Origin: Alphaproteobacteria bacterium
Lineage (GTDB): Bacteria > Pseudomonadota > Alphaproteobacteria > UBA828
Direction: 5' to 3'
Length of the DNA stretch: 64,000 nucleotides
Assembly (NCBI GenBank): GCA_965214705.1
Contig: CBDCCI010000002.1
Coordinates: 352,001 to 416,000, forward strand
This document shows, piece by piece, positions 26,952 to 38,551 of this stretch. The notes under the pieces were generated by a model. It did not search any database. It was given only the letters and a program-made list of their open reading frames with translations, and was not told where the DNA came from. The position numbers were made by a program, and so were the translations under genes. How positions within the stretch are numbered: the first letter of the stretch is position 1; each line of letters opens with the position of its first letter.

Positions 26952-29043
26952 CCGAACTTCCGTTAGCATCTGATTGCCGATCTGGCCGGATTTTGCCTGT
27001 TTCCGCCCTTTCTGCGCAGTTTAGCGCCCGGTTTGGCGCGAAATTCCCGAAATGATCGCCGAAACCGCCGCGATTCGGCGCTCCAGCGCTGGATCACGCC
27101 GTCCCGGCGCATCCACCAAAACCTGAATACTAGTCAGTAGATAGTTTTCTCGTTACGATAATTGCTCCGCATTCCCAAGCCTTTCCGATATGATTGCCGC
27201 GATTCGCTAGGCAGATCGATATGCACATCGAAACCACCCGGTCCGGAAACTCCCGCTGCCACCTCCTCAGACAGTCCTACTGGCAGGACGGAAAACCCAA
27301 GAAGCGCACCCTGTGCAACCTCTCCGCCCTCCCGGAACACGCCATCGAAGCCCTCAAACGCGCCCTCAAGCGCGGACCCGCCCTCAATCCCGACAGCGCC
27401 GACGTCGAACTGCGCGCCAGCCGGGCGCACGGCGCCGTCAGCGCCGTTCTCGGCACCCTTCGCGACATCGGCCTCGACCGCGTCATCTTCCACCGGCCCG
27501 ATCGCCGCAGGGCCCTCGTCATCGCCATGATCGTCGCCCGCCTGATCCGGCCCGGCGCCAAGCTGCGCGTCGAGCGCGAACTGGGAGCGGCCGGCACAAC
27601 CACCCTCGCCGCCCTGCTCGGCGTCGAAGGCGTCAGCGTCGACGAACTCTACGCCGCCATGGACTGGCTGGGCGCGCGACAGGGCGCGATCGAGCGCAAG
27701 CTCGCCCGGCGCCATCTCGGAGAGGACGATCTCGTCCTCTACGACGTGTCCTCGAGCTACATGGAGGGCAACGCCTGCCCCATGGCGAAGCGCGGCTATT
27801 CGAGGGATCGCCGGGGCGACCGCCCGCAGATCGTCTACGGCCTCCTCTGCACCCGCGATGGCTGTCCGGTCTCGATCGAGGCCTTCGCCGGCAACACCGG
27901 CGACCCGATGACTCTGGCCAGCCAGGTGCGCAAGGTCCGCGACAGCTTCGGCATCCGGCGGGTGGTGTTGGTGGGGGACCGCGGCATGATCGCGCAGACC
28001 CGCATCGACCGCGACCTCGCGCCCAACGGCATCGACTGGATCACGGCGCTGCGCGCATCCTCGATCCGCAAGCTCGTCGACCGGGGGCATGTCACGCCCG
28101 GCCTGTTCGACACCTGGGGCCTCGCGCGGGTGACCACGCCGGACTATCCCGGCGAGAGGCTGATCGTCTGCTACAACCCGGTTCTGGCGGCCGAGCGCAA
28201 GCGCAACCGCGACGGGCTGCTCAATGCGACCGAGACGGACGCGCGCGATTTCGCCGCGCGCCACGCCGCCGGCGACATCGACCGCGACGAGTTGAACCGT
28301 CGGCTGGGAACCTTGCGCCGCCGCAAGATGGCCAAGCACTTCCGCTTCGAATTCGACGAGGGCAGCGGCACCTTCAGTTGCGAACGCGACCGGGCGTCGA
28401 TCGACGCCGAGGCCGCCCTCGACGGTCTCTACGTCATACGCACCAACGTGGACGAGGACGAGATCGAGGACGTCGAGGCGGTCCGCGTCTACAAGAGCCT
28501 GTCACGCGTCGAGCGCGCCTTCCGCTCGCTCAAGACGGTGTCGTTGCGGATCCGCCCGATCTTCCACTGGCGCGACGACCGAGTACGGGCGCATCTTCTG
28601 ATCTGCATGCTGGCTTGGTATGTCGAGTGGCACATGCGCCGCAGGCTGGCGCCGCTGCTGTTCGCCGAGGAGGACGGAGCGCCGCTGTCCGCGAACCCGG
28701 TGGCGCCGCCGGAACGCTCGGAAAAGGCCCGGCGCAAGGACAAGCGCCGAAAGACGGATGATGGACTTGCGGTGTGCGACTTCCGCGATCTCCTCGGCCA
28801 TCTCGGCACGCTTGCTGCCACTGAGATCGCCACCGGAACCGACTTCGCCGTGCCCGCCCTGACCAAGCCGACCGAACTGCAGGAAAGGGCGTTCGCATTG
28901 CTCGGGCTGCGGCCCCATCCTGCGCCCGCGCTCACCGAAAAGGGGATGACCACCGCCAAACCTGTCCAGTAATCGTCGCTTCGAAACTCGCCGAAACCCC
29001 TGCCGCACAACGGTTCTTTGACTATCCCACACTGGAAGTTCGG
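26952..29043 (+). mobile_element. IS1634-family insertion sequence
   Basis: TIRs CCGAACTTCC / GGAAGTTCGG, both flanked by TTTAA. Confidence 0.85.
27221..28972 (+). CDS. IS1634-family transposase
   Basis: LYDVSSSYMEG, GYSRD.R, VGDRGM, VERAFRSLK, IRPIFHW..RVRAH. Confidence 0.9.
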   Translation: MHIETTRSGNSRCHLLRQSYWQDGKPKKRTLCNLSALPEHAIEALKRALKRGPALNPDSADVELRASRAHGAVSAVLGTLRDIGLDRVIFHRPDRRRALVIAMIVARLIRPGAKLRVERELGAAGTTTLAALLGVEGVSVDELYAAMDWLGARQGAIERKLARRHLGEDDLVLYDVSSSYMEGNACPMAKRGYSRDRRGDRPQIVYGLLCTRDGCPVSIEAFAGNTGDPMTLASQVRKVRDSFGIRRVVLVGDRGMIAQTRIDRDLAPNGIDWITALRASSIRKLVDRGHVTPGLFDTWGLARVTTPDYPGERLIVCYNPVLAAERKRNRDGLLNATETDARDFAARHAAGDIDRDELNRRLGTLRRRKMAKHFRFEFDEGSGTFSCERDRASIDAEAALDGLYVIRTNVDEDEIEDVEAVRVYKSLSRVERAFRSLKTVSLRIRPIFHWRDDRVRAHLLICMLAWYVEWHMRRRLAPLLFAEEDGAPLSANPVAPPERSEKARRKDKRRKTDDGLAVCDFRDLLGHLGTLAATEIATGTDFAVPALTKPTELQERAFALLGLRPHPAPALTEKGMTTAKPVQ

Positions 29044-29322
29044 TTTAAAAACCGACGCGCTCGTCCGAAAGCTGCTGTTGGATCAATGCAGTACCCGGAT
29101 GCGGCTTCGATCTCAGCACTGAGAACGAATTTGCCGTGCCACATTTTACTTGCGCTATCCCACAACCATCTGTAGCATAATACATAACGGAGAGACAAAG
29201 CGACCCACCCAAACGACTGAATCACTCCAACAAAATCAGTTAAGGACTCACGCCTTAACTCAGCCGCTAGGCTGTCCGACGAACCGAGGCCACCTCACTT
29301 CACATGAATCGAGGCGCCGGGG

Positions 29323-30501
29323 ATGCCGCGTTTCCTCACGTTCACCCTTTTCCTGTTCGCGGTTTTCCTGCAGGCTGGCGCCTACGGGCTGACATTCATG
29401 CTGCCTCGCCTGTTCGAGGCCTTCGGGGCCAACGAGAAGGCGGTTGGTGCGATGCTCGTGATTGCCGCACTGTCGACACTGGTTGCGGTCTACTACGCGG
29501 GGCATCTCTCGGACTGGTTCGGCCGGGTGAAGACGCTCGGCCTGGCCTGCCTTGCGATCGCGGCGGCTCTTGCTCTCTACGGCATGGCCGAGACGGTGGG
29601 AGCGACCCCCGTGCTCGCGAGCCTCCTCCTGGGGGCAGGCTGGGGGCTGACTTACGCCCTGGCGCCGGTGGTCCTGACCCGGCTGGTTACGGCCGATGAG
29701 AGGGTTCGCTACTTTGCCATGAATTCGGTCGTGGTGATGGCGGGCTTCGGTCTTGCGCCGGTCATGGCCTCCGAGATCGAGAAGGCGGGCGGCACGGTTG
29801 CGGATGCCTTTCTGATCACGGCCGGACTCTGCGCGCTGAGCGCGCTTGTATTCTTTGCTCTCATCGGCCCGGTGCGCGCACATACCATCAACCCGGGACC
29901 CGAAGCGAGTTCCCGCCTCGATCTGGCCGGTGTTCGTGCGATACTGCGCACCCGTGCCTTCCTCCCGGTGATCATGGTCTGCATCGGTGCGAGCGTCTTT
30001 GCCGGAATGAACAACTTCCAAACCGTGTTCGCCGACGCGAGAGGCTTGGACTACGCGAACTTCTTCCTGGCCTACACGATCACGGTGGTCGTCTGCCGGA
30101 TCGCACTCGCCAAGTTCAAAGGCGGTCGCCGGCCCTATCTGATGATAGCGGGACTGCTGTATGTCATGGCCGGAAGCGTCTTTCTGTTCATGTTCACAGT
30201 GAGCAATGTGCCGGCCTATATCGCGGTCGCTGTCCTGTTCGGCATCGGCTATGGCGCCTCTTATCCGATCCTTGCGGCAATGGCTGCACACGATGCCGAC
30301 GAGCATCTCGTGCCACAAACGCTGCAGCTCTTCGCGCTCACATATTTCATAGGCGTCTTCGGGTTCCCTCTGATCGCTGGCTGGATGATCGTGGAAGTCG
30401 GGATTCCATCACTTCTGCTCCTGTTGTTCGTCTTGGCGACGGTCGAGGCGACCATGGCCATTTGGCGTGTTCATCGGGACCGAATTGCCGGCACGGCGTA
30501 G
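29323..30501 (+). CDS. MFS transporter
   Basis: About 12 TM helices; motif A GHLSDWFGRVK. Confidence 0.9.
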   Translation: MPRFLTFTLFLFAVFLQAGAYGLTFMLPRLFEAFGANEKAVGAMLVIAALSTLVAVYYAGHLSDWFGRVKTLGLACLAIAAALALYGMAETVGATPVLASLLLGAGWGLTYALAPVVLTRLVTADERVRYFAMNSVVVMAGFGLAPVMASEIEKAGGTVADAFLITAGLCALSALVFFALIGPVRAHTINPGPEASSRLDLAGVRAILRTRAFLPVIMVCIGASVFAGMNNFQTVFADARGLDYANFFLAYTITVVVCRIALAKFKGGRRPYLMIAGLLYVMAGSVFLFMFTVSNVPAYIAVAVLFGIGYGASYPILAAMAAHDADEHLVPQTLQLFALTYFIGVFGFPLIAGWMIVEVGIPSLLLLLFVLATVEATMAIWRVHRDRIAGTA

Positions 30502-30544
30502 ACTTGAAGGGATCGCAGGTCATCATCGGCCTGTTTCCGGATCG

Positions 30545-30829
30545 CATCACACCCGGAAGCTCTCCTCCCACCCCCGAGCGATGGGCTCGCGAAGCTGCGC
30601 ATCGCGACGGACACGTGCCGGCAACCGGCGCCGGTCCGCTTGCCGGGGCTTGGCCCTCGTAGTACGTCGATGGGGCGAGCGACCGCTCCCTGCAGAGCGG
30701 CCCGACCGGTTGTACCGGCCGCGTCGGCGAAATCATTCGTCATGGTCCCGGTTCTTTCCCTGTTTCAAGGACTTACCCGCCGAATGGCGGGCGACCCGGT
30801 GCCCCACATATTGAGAAGCCGTGCTCAAC
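30545..30829 (-). mobile_element. Fused IS remnants (IS3-like orfB fragment plus another IS end)
   Basis: VGPLCRE..LAPSTYY...RRDAQLRE.IAR.WEENFRV resembles the IS3 orfB start. Confidence 0.5.
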
Positions 30830-31363
30830 GGGATAAGCCTTCTCGGGGTTACAGGCTTAGCCACTCCCTGGCCCTTCTCCCTTCAAGGCACCCCTCCACA
30901 CCTGAGGCCCCTTTCCTCGGCCGGCATTACCCGGCGTCCTCAGTCTTACGGGCCTCTCCGCCACCCTGACGGCCCGGCCTGTCCCTCGCGGGCTTCCGGT
31001 TGATGTGCGCGCACCACCGTCAGGGCTTCCCGTGTTGCTGCTCTCTTCCTCTTCCGTGCGTGCCGGCGCCACTACCCCGGCGAGCCGCGATCGGTGCGCA
31101 TGTCGCTCTCTTCCCGATCGGCGACGGTCTTCCCCTTTTGGCAGGAGGGTCGACACTCGCATTACCCGTTTCGAGGCCTGCTCAGCGTTCACTCACGTTC
31201 CGGCCCGCACGGTCGCTGAGCCACCCAACGGTGGCCCTTTTCCACCAAGGTGCTTCAGCCCATGTCGTCACCTCCATGAACCGCCCTGGCTGCTACCAAC
31301 CGGAGCGACAGTTGTTGGGCGGGATTCGCACCCGCTGAAAGAGAGCGCCTTTCCACGGCGCAC
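30830..31363 (-). mobile_element. 5' fragment (domains I-III) of a second group II intron, ORF lost
   Basis: Minus strand begins GTGCGCCGTGGAAAGGCGC...GGGTGCGAATCCCGC and contains GAACGCTGAGCAGGCCTCGAAA and CCGGGTAATGCCGGCCGAGGAAAGGGGCCTCAG. Confidence 0.8.
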
Positions 31364-31383
31364 TGCCAACTTGGGTAAAGGCG

Positions 31384-32232
31384 TTACGAGTGAATCCCGC
31401 GCAGCCGCTCGCTCCGCCGCCGCAGGAGCTCGACCATCGTCAACAGGATGATCGACACGACCACCAGGAGCGTGGCGACCGCCAGAATGGTCGGTCTGAT
31501 CTCCTCGCGAATCCCTGAGAACATCTTCCAGGGGATCGTTCGCTGCTCGACCGAGCCCACGAACAGCACGACCACCACCTCGTCGAAAGAGGTGATGAAC
31601 GCCAGCAGTGCGCCCGATATGACGCCCGGCAGAATGAGCGGCACGATCACCACGAAGAAGGTGCGGGTCGGGCTCGACCCCAGGCTCGCAGCCGCCCGGG
31701 TGAGCGAATGGTCGAAGCCCACCAGGGTCGCTGTCACCGTGATGATGACAAACGGGATTCCCAGCGCTGCGTGAGCGAGGATGACGCCGATGTGCGTCGA
31801 CGCAAGTCCGATGCGCGCATAAAAGAAATACATGCCAGCGGCCGAGATAATGAGCGGCACGATCATCGGCGATATCAACAGCGCCATGATCGTCTTCCTG
31901 AAGGGCATTTCTGGCCTGCTTAGACCGAGCGCCGCCAAGGTCCCGAGAGATGTGGAAATTAGGGTAGCGAATACCGCAATCAAGAAGCTGTTCTGTACTG
32001 CCCTTTGCCACGAGTCCTCGGTAAAGAATTCTTGATACCACTTCGTACTGTAGCCTGCAGAGTCAAACGAAAGCATCTCGGGCGTGAAGGTAAAGTAGGG
32101 AAGCTCGTTGAAGCTCAGCGGGATAATAACGAAAATGGGACCGACCAAGAAAATGAAAATCAGCACGCACAGTGTCCGAAACGTGTAGTACCAGGCCCGT
32201 TCCGAGTGCGTTGCGTGCAGCGGCGGCGGCAT
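31384..32232 (-). CDS. potC: Polyamine ABC transporter permease
   Basis: ISPMIVP, AAASLGS, SFDEVV motifs. Confidence 0.9.
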   Translation of the reverse strand: MPPPLHATHSERAWYYTFRTLCVLIFIFLVGPIFVIIPLSFNELPYFTFTPEMLSFDSAGYSTKWYQEFFTEDSWQRAVQNSFLIAVFATLISTSLGTLAALGLSRPEMPFRKTIMALLISPMIVPLIISAAGMYFFYARIGLASTHIGVILAHAALGIPFVIITVTATLVGFDHSLTRAAASLGSSPTRTFFVVIVPLILPGVISGALLAFITSFDEVVVVLFVGSVEQRTIPWKMFSGIREEIRPTILAVATLLVVVSIILLTMVELLRRRSERLRGIHS

Positions 32233-32237
32233 GCGCG

Positions 32238-33500
32238 TTATCCGAGCTTCATGTTGGCGACGCCGACGATCCTGTCATAAAGGAAATAAAGCAACAGGAC
32301 GAGCGCCAACAGAATCACACCCAAGGCCGCAGCCAGTCCCCAGTTCAACGTCTCGCTGATATGAAGGGCGATGATGTTCGAGATGAACGTGCCGGTTCGG
32401 CCTCCAACAAGCGCCGGCGTGATGTAGTAACCGATCGACGAAATAAAGACCAGAATGCAACCGGCACCGATCCCCGGCACGGTATTGGGCATATAGACCT
32501 TGATAAAGCCAGTGAAGGGCGATGCACCCAGCGAGCGTGCCGCGCGCATGTACGAAGAGGGAATAGTTTTCATCACGGAATAGAGGGGCAGAATCATGAA
32601 AGGCAAGAGAATGTGCGTCATCGCGACGAACGTACCGATCTGGTTGTGGATCATTTGCAATCGGCCGTCTTCGGAAATAATTCCTATGAATACCATCAGG
32701 TCGTTCAACACACCCTCGGACTGAAGCAACGCGATCCACGCGGTCGTCCTGACCAGCAGAGAGGTCCAGAACGGCAGCAGGACAAGAATGAGCAAGAGAT
32801 TGCTTTGGCGTGGCGGTAATGTCCCGAGTAGGAAGGCAATCGGATAGCCAAGGAGTAAGCAAAATATTGTAATGAGTGCGCTCATCCATAACGTACGATA
32901 AAATAAGAACAAGTATATTCGTCGCTCTTCTGCCTTCCAGGATATCTCGCCCTTATAGTCAACCCGAAGGTCCACAGCAGACAAGAGGTAGCTTTCGGTT
33001 ACCTTGCTCGATTCTTGATGAATTAGCTGCCAGGTTGCCAAGTCTGCCCATCGTTGATCAATCGCTAGGACTTGGTCTTTGAAGGGGGCCTCGGTGATGC
33101 GTTTTGCTCGCCGTCCCGATTTCCGGAACAAGCTCATCACTCCGGACTTTTCGTAATTCAAGCGACGCCCGGCACGGCCCAGCGTCTTTTCCTTAAATGA
33201 CTCTTGAATATCCAGCACCAGGGCTTCGTACACGAATTCCGGCGGCAACTCCTCGCTCGCCGGATCCCAACTTTGAATAGCCAGCGTTGTACGGGGAAGA
33301 ACGGACGAAACGATCTGGTTGTCGACGCTTCTGAACAGCATGTCGATGACGGGAAAAACAAATGTGATCAACAAGAACGCCAGAATAGGAACGACCAAAA
33401 GAAATGCGCGAACGCGCCTGCGGGAGGTTGCTCGCCGCAGGCTGCGCTTCAACGGCACGCCGTCGGCGGTTCGCAGGAGGTTATCGGCGGCCGTCGACAT
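32238..33500 (-). CDS. potB: Polyamine ABC transporter permease
   Basis: LPFWTSLLVRT, LPFMILPLY, AARSLGA, GYYITPALVGG. Confidence 0.9.
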   Translation of the reverse strand: MSTAADNLLRTADGVPLKRSLRRATSRRRVRAFLLVVPILAFLLITFVFPVIDMLFRSVDNQIVSSVLPRTTLAIQSWDPASEELPPEFVYEALVLDIQESFKEKTLGRAGRRLNYEKSGVMSLFRKSGRRAKRITEAPFKDQVLAIDQRWADLATWQLIHQESSKVTESYLLSAVDLRVDYKGEISWKAEERRIYLFLFYRTLWMSALITIFCLLLGYPIAFLLGTLPPRQSNLLLILVLLPFWTSLLVRTTAWIALLQSEGVLNDLMVFIGIISEDGRLQMIHNQIGTFVAMTHILLPFMILPLYSVMKTIPSSYMRAARSLGASPFTGFIKVYMPNTVPGIGAGCILVFISSIGYYITPALVGGRTGTFISNIIALHISETLNWGLAAALGVILLALVLLLYFLYDRIVGVANMKLG

Positions 33501-33583
33501 GCGCGCAGGCCTAGGTCTGGCTCAGGGGCCTCGAAGGAATGGAGGTGGGACGCATGTCTGCGCCCCGCCCCATTGAGGCTTTG

Positions 33584-34687
33584 CTATTTCGCGAGCCAGG
33601 TGTTGAACACCTCGTCGAGCTCCGCCCGGTGGTCGGCCCACCAGACGTAGTCGAAATCGAAAATAGTCGCGGCGTTGTTTGGATCCGTCGGCATGTGGGG
33701 CTTCATGTCGATGCCGAGATCGGCATGGTTGCCCACGAGCGGCGCCGACGAGTAGCGCGCCGGACCGTAGGAAATGAACTTCGCCTGGTCCGCCAGACGC
33801 TGCGTATCGGTGGCAAAGTGGAGATACGCCTTCACCGCATCGAGATCCTTGACGCCAACCGGCACGACCCAGCCGTCGAGATCGAAAATCTGCCGATCCC
33901 ACATCATGGCGATGGGCTGGTTCTTCTCCGCGATGGCCGAGAAGAGGCGGCCGTTGTAGGCCGAGGCAATGACGACCTCGCCGTCCGCCAGAAGCTGCGG
34001 CGGCTGGGCTCCCTTGGTCCACCAGACCACCTGATCCTTGATGGTATCGAGCTTTGCCAAGGCACGGCTCACGCCCTCGGACGTGCTGAGCATGCCGTAG
34101 ACATCTGCAGGTGCCACACCATCGGCGAGCAGCGCCCATTCGAGATTGTTGATGGGCCGCCTCTCCAGCGAGCGCTTGCCGGGGAACTTCTCCAGGTCGA
34201 ACACGTCGGCAATGGTCGACGGCTGATCACCCTCGAAGACATCCGTGCGATAGCCGAAGGTCGTGGAATAGACGATCTGCGGGATGAAGCAGTTGGTCCC
34301 GCCCGGTGACAGCGTGCCGGCGAAGAAGTCTTCCGACGCAGGGGTCCCGTCCGGCGCGGGAGCCAGCCACGTGTCGGGATCGATTTCCATGATCAGGCCT
34401 TCGTCGCACGCGGTGATCGCGTCGGCTGCGACCATGTCGACGATGTCCCAGGTGACGTTACCGGACTCGACCTGGGCCCTTACTTTGGCCAGCCCTTCGG
34501 CGGCGTTGTCGTCGTTGACGATGTTGATGTCGGGGTTCGCGGCCATGTAGGGGTCGTGATAGGCCTTCTGCTGGCTCGCCGTATAGGCGCCGCCCCACGA
34601 CACGATCGTGAGGTCAAGTGCCTGGGCACTGCCAGCCGCCAACGCGACGCCGGCGGCAACGACAGTCGTACTCAATAGCCATCTCAT
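33584..34687 (-). CDS. potD: Polyamine ABC transporter substrate-binding protein
   Basis: Signal peptide, SWGGAY, WDIVD, FDLEKFPGKR, AYNGR. Confidence 0.85.
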   Translation of the reverse strand: MRWLLSTTVVAAGVALAAGSAQALDLTIVSWGGAYTASQQKAYHDPYMAANPDINIVNDDNAAEGLAKVRAQVESGNVTWDIVDMVAADAITACDEGLIMEIDPDTWLAPAPDGTPASEDFFAGTLSPGGTNCFIPQIVYSTTFGYRTDVFEGDQPSTIADVFDLEKFPGKRSLERRPINNLEWALLADGVAPADVYGMLSTSEGVSRALAKLDTIKDQVVWWTKGAQPPQLLADGEVVIASAYNGRLFSAIAEKNQPIAMMWDRQIFDLDGWVVPVGVKDLDAVKAYLHFATDTQRLADQAKFISYGPARYSSAPLVGNHADLGIDMKPHMPTDPNNAATIFDFDYVWWADHRAELDEVFNTWLAK

Positions 34688-34771
34688 CTCGCTTACTCCC
34701 CTCTCGTTTGCCGGACACACCGGCGGGTTCTCAAGCCTCGCATCGGCAACACCGACACGTCTTGATCTGCT

Positions 34772-35887
34772 CTAACCGGGCTCGGCTGCGTCAACCGGAG
34801 CGTCCAGCGCCCGGCAATCTTCTGCAGCCCAGCCCAGGTTGACGTCCATTCCCTCCCGCAACGCTGCATGCCGATCTGTGTTGGGAATCTTCACAACGAA
34901 CTCGTCAGTTCCCGCGACCGACAGGCGCGCACGGATATGATCTCCCAGATAGATCAACTCCTCGACGCGACCGACAATCGAGTTATCCGCCTCCCCGTCT
35001 TCACACGCGACGATAACGCGCTCGGGACGAAGAGACAGGGTCGTGCGTGCGCCTGCCCCCTCGACCTTTACATTGAGGGCTCGAATGGTGCCACCACCAT
35101 CCAAATTCACTTGGCAATGGTTCCCTTCAACGGAATTAACCTTGCCGCACAAACGATTGTTCTCGCCGATAAACTGCGCAACGAAGGCGTTCTCCGGTTG
35201 CTCGTACAGCGCGCTAGGACTTGCCAATTGCTGAATTACACCATCATTAAAGACCGCAATACGATTGGACATGGTCAATGCTTCGGACTGATCGTGCGTG
35301 ACGTAGACGATCGTGACGCCGAGCTCTTCGTGAAGATGCTTGATTTCGTACTGCATCTCCTCTCGCAGATTCTTGTCCAAGGCGCCGAGAGGCTCATCCA
35401 TAAGCACCAAGTCAGGCTCGAATACCAATGCCCGTGCCACCGCCACGCGTTGCTGCTGGCCGCCCGAGAGTTGGCCGGGCCGGCGGCCACCGAAGTCCGG
35501 CAGGCGAACCATGTCCAGCGCGCGCTTGACTTTCGCCTCGACCTCCGATTTCGGAATCCTTCGGACTTTCAAAGGAAACGCCAGGTTCTCCGTGACTGTC
35601 ATGTGCGGAAACAGCGCGTAATCCTGGAAGACCATACCGATATTTCGTCGATGAGGGGCAACCTTATTGATCGGCCGCTCGTTCAAGTATATTTCGCCAT
35701 GGGTTGCCGGCTCAAATCCAGCCAGCATCATCAGGCACGTGGTCTTTCCGGACCCCGAGGGGCCCAGCATCGTCAAGAATTCGCCAGTCTTGATACTCAA
35801 ATTGAGATCTTTGACGACCAGAGTCTCGCCATCGTAGCTCTTTTGCACGCGGTCAAAGACCACGATATCCCGGGCATCCTGGGTCAT
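34772..35887 (-). CDS. potA: Polyamine ABC transporter ATPase
   Basis: [30 protein letters not shown] tail. Confidence 0.9.
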   Translation of the reverse strand: MTQDARDIVVFDRVQKSYDGETLVVKDLNLSIKTGEFLTMLGPSGSGKTTCLMMLAGFEPATHGEIYLNERPINKVAPHRRNIGMVFQDYALFPHMTVTENLAFPLKVRRIPKSEVEAKVKRALDMVRLPDFGGRRPGQLSGGQQQRVAVARALVFEPDLVLMDEPLGALDKNLREEMQYEIKHLHEELGVTIVYVTHDQSEALTMSNRIAVFNDGVIQQLASPSALYEQPENAFVAQFIGENNRLCGKVNSVEGNHCQVNLDGGGTIRALNVKVEGAGARTTLSLRPERVIVACEDGEADNSIVGRVEELIYLGDHIRARLSVAGTDEFVVKIPNTDRHAALREGMDVNLGWAAEDCRALDAPVDAAEPG

Positions 35888-36494
35888 TCAAACACCAATC
35901 TTCACAAAGAAAGCTCCGCGTTCGACAGTCTGCATACACGATGCATTCCCCGCTCCTGTCGCAAACATTCGGTCTGCGACAATGGAGACTCCACACCTTC
36001 ACCGGCTAGCGGTCTCAGAAAACATTCTCCTATCATTGTGACTGGAGAGTGCAGCTTAGAGGGGTCATGGTCGATTTACGTAATGCGTATTGCACGAATG
36101 TGTGGTCGCCAGTTGCAGGAAACCTGTCCATCGCCCAGCGCCGCATCGTCCCCGCCGAAACAGTTACTGTTCAGTTGTACAACAGCAAGATATGGCGTGG
36201 CTGCCATGCTTCACCGATCCACTCTTTGGCTACGACTGCAGCTGCTACCGCGGGCCGGATAAATTGGTTCGGAGGCGGCGCGGCGGCGCACACTTGCGAT
36301 TGTTAACTGCTCGGTTAACTGGGACACGCTATCGGCAACCCGATGCCGCTTTAGCCTCACGAAACCTCCCACCTTCTTATCAAGCACCACGCTGATGTGC
36401 TTGCTGGCTCTTGAACCGGCCGAACCAAGGTCAATCCTGTGGTCACGGAATTGGCTTGTCAACGGCATTTTCGATGTTGGGCTCGTCCATGTTT

Positions 36495-36830
36495 GAGGCT
36501 GCGCCCAACAGCGAACAACTTCTCGACGAGGCCGCCAAAGGCGGCGGCCATCTCGGCTCCATCGTCGCCGCCCTCCTGCGCCTGCTCGACGAGTACGGCG
36601 CCGCCGAGCTCGAGGCCGGCATCGACGAGGCGCTCAAGCGCGGCGTCCCCCATCCCAACGCCGTGCGCCTCAGCCTTACCCGGCGCCGCGAACAGCAGGA
36701 CAAGCCGCCGCCCATCCCGGTCGAGTTGCCCGACGACCCGAAGGTGCGCGACATCGCCGTCCGCGACCACGACCTGACGCAATACGACGGGCTGGCCGAC
36801 GAAGACGAGGAGGAGGACAGCCAAGAATGA
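36495..36830 (+). pseudogene. istA: IstA transposase C-terminal fragment
   Basis: LLRLLDEYG..ELEA.IDEAL..G, VR.HDL..YD.L; coupled to istB. Confidence 0.75.
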
Positions 36831-37627
36831 GCGATACCCTCAAGGACCGTGCCCGGTCGCTCGGCCTGCACGGCCTCATCGCCCACTGGGACGAGGTCGG
36901 CGAGTGTGACTGGCTGACCACGCTCATCGCCTGGGAAGAAGACGAGAGACGCGCCCGCAGCCTCAAGCGCCGCCTCGCCGATGCCCGGCTCGGTGACTTC
37001 AAGCCGCTCGCCGACTTCAACTGGGACTGGCCCCGCCGCTGCGACCGCATGGCCGTCGAGGACCTCATGGGCCTCGACTTCCTCAAGGAGGCCGCCAACG
37101 TCGTCCTGGTCGGACCCAACGGCGTCGGCAAATCGACGATCGCCGCCAATATCGCCCACCGCGCCGTCCTCGAGGGCCATACCGTGCGCTTCGCCACCGC
37201 TGCCAGCATGCTCGGCGAGCTCGCCGCCATCGACTCCGACACCATGCTCCAGCGAAAGCTGCGCTTCTACGCCCGCCAGCACCTGCTGGTGATCGACGAG
37301 GTGGGGTACCTGTCCTACAGCAACCGCCACGCCGACCTGCTGTTCAACATCGTCTCAAGCCGCACCCACCGGAACACCACGATCATCACCACCAACCGGC
37401 CGTTCGCCGAGTGGGACAAGGCCTTCCCCAACGCCACCTGCGTCGTGGCGCTGGTCGACCGCCTCGTCCACAACGCCGAGATCGTCGCCATCGACGGCGA
37501 TTCCTACCGCCGCAAGGAGGCCGAGGAGCGCCAGAAGCAACGCAGCGCAGAGCGCCGCCGCCGGCGCGAGGCAAAAGCGCGCCGCAGATCCGCCAAGGGC
37601 GGCCCGCAGGACACCGGGGGCGCCTGA
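36827..37627 (+). CDS. istB: IstB AAA+ helper ATPase
   Basis: GPNGVGKS, LLVIDEVGY, TTNRPF.EW, VDRLVH, GDSYR. Confidence 0.92.
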   Translation: MSDTLKDRARSLGLHGLIAHWDEVGECDWLTTLIAWEEDERRARSLKRRLADARLGDFKPLADFNWDWPRRCDRMAVEDLMGLDFLKEAANVVLVGPNGVGKSTIAANIAHRAVLEGHTVRFATAASMLGELAAIDSDTMLQRKLRFYARQHLLVIDEVGYLSYSNRHADLLFNIVSSRTHRNTTIITTNRPFAEWDKAFPNATCVVALVDRLVHNAEIVAIDGDSYRRKEAEERQKQRSAERRRRREAKARRRSAKGGPQDTGGA

Positions 37628-37639
37628 GGCGGCGCAGCC

Positions 37640-38551
37640 GTGGAGTACCTCCACCCATGGGATCGCCGCGTGCGGGCGGAGGTCCTGCGAAGCCGTCCCC
37701 TCGAAGACGTCCTCCGCGCCCTCGGCTACTGCCGCGATCCCGGCGACGACACACGGTGGAGGCGTCTCGGATCGGTCGTCACCATCAACGGCTTCATGTT
37801 CTACGACCATCTGTGCGGGGAGGGCGGCGCCGGAGCCATCGACCTGGTGCTCCATGCAAACCGATGCACCGTGCCCGACGCCCTGGCCTTCCTCTCGGAA
37901 CTGCCGGACCGCCCCCGGCGTCCCTCCAAGTGCCTCCGCCCACGGCCGCCGCAGCGGCACTGGCCCGCAGTGGAACGCTACCTCGTCAACCAGCGCGGCC
38001 TCTCACCCTCACTCCTCGCCTTGTGCCGTGACCTCGGGCTGGTCCACGCCGACCGCAACGGCAATGCCGTGTTCGTCCGTCGAGACGCCGCCGGGAACGC
38101 GACCGGCACCGAGGTCGTCCCCACCGGCGCCCGGTGCAAAGCAGCGGCCGGCGCCAGCGAAGCCGCCACAGCCCCGATCATGCACGGCGGCTTCTGGGTG
38201 TCCTGGGAACTCGACTGGCCGCTCTCCGTGCTCATCGCAAAGAGCGCCATCGACGCCCTGTCAGCGCTCTCCCTCCGTCTCATGCCGGCCGAGCGCAGGG
38301 AATGCGCCGTGATCTCCACCGCCGCCGTCACTGCAAACTTCCCAGCGTGGATCGAGGACTGGAACCCCCGACGTATCTTCTGTGCCTACGACGCTACCCC
38401 CGGCGGCGATGACGCCGCCCAGCGCCTGTTCCGAAGCGACAACAGGGTCGTCCGCGTGCGCCCGGCCCTGGACGGTGACGACTGGAACGACATGCTCAGG
38501 CGCGACCTCGAAGGCAATGTGCTCGAGATCGACGATCGGCTCATCGGTTGA
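37640..38551 (+). CDS. DUF3991/Toprim primase-like protein
   Basis: GGAGAIDLV, YL...RGL, D..GNAVF, SAIDALS, AYDA..GGD.AA, DWND.L. Confidence 0.75.
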   Translation: MEYLHPWDRRVRAEVLRSRPLEDVLRALGYCRDPGDDTRWRRLGSVVTINGFMFYDHLCGEGGAGAIDLVLHANRCTVPDALAFLSELPDRPRRPSKCLRPRPPQRHWPAVERYLVNQRGLSPSLLALCRDLGLVHADRNGNAVFVRRDAAGNATGTEVVPTGARCKAAAGASEAATAPIMHGGFWVSWELDWPLSVLIAKSAIDALSALSLRLMPAERRECAVISTAAVTANFPAWIEDWNPRRIFCAYDATPGGDDAAQRLFRSDNRVVRVRPALDGDDWNDMLRRDLEGNVLEIDDRLIG

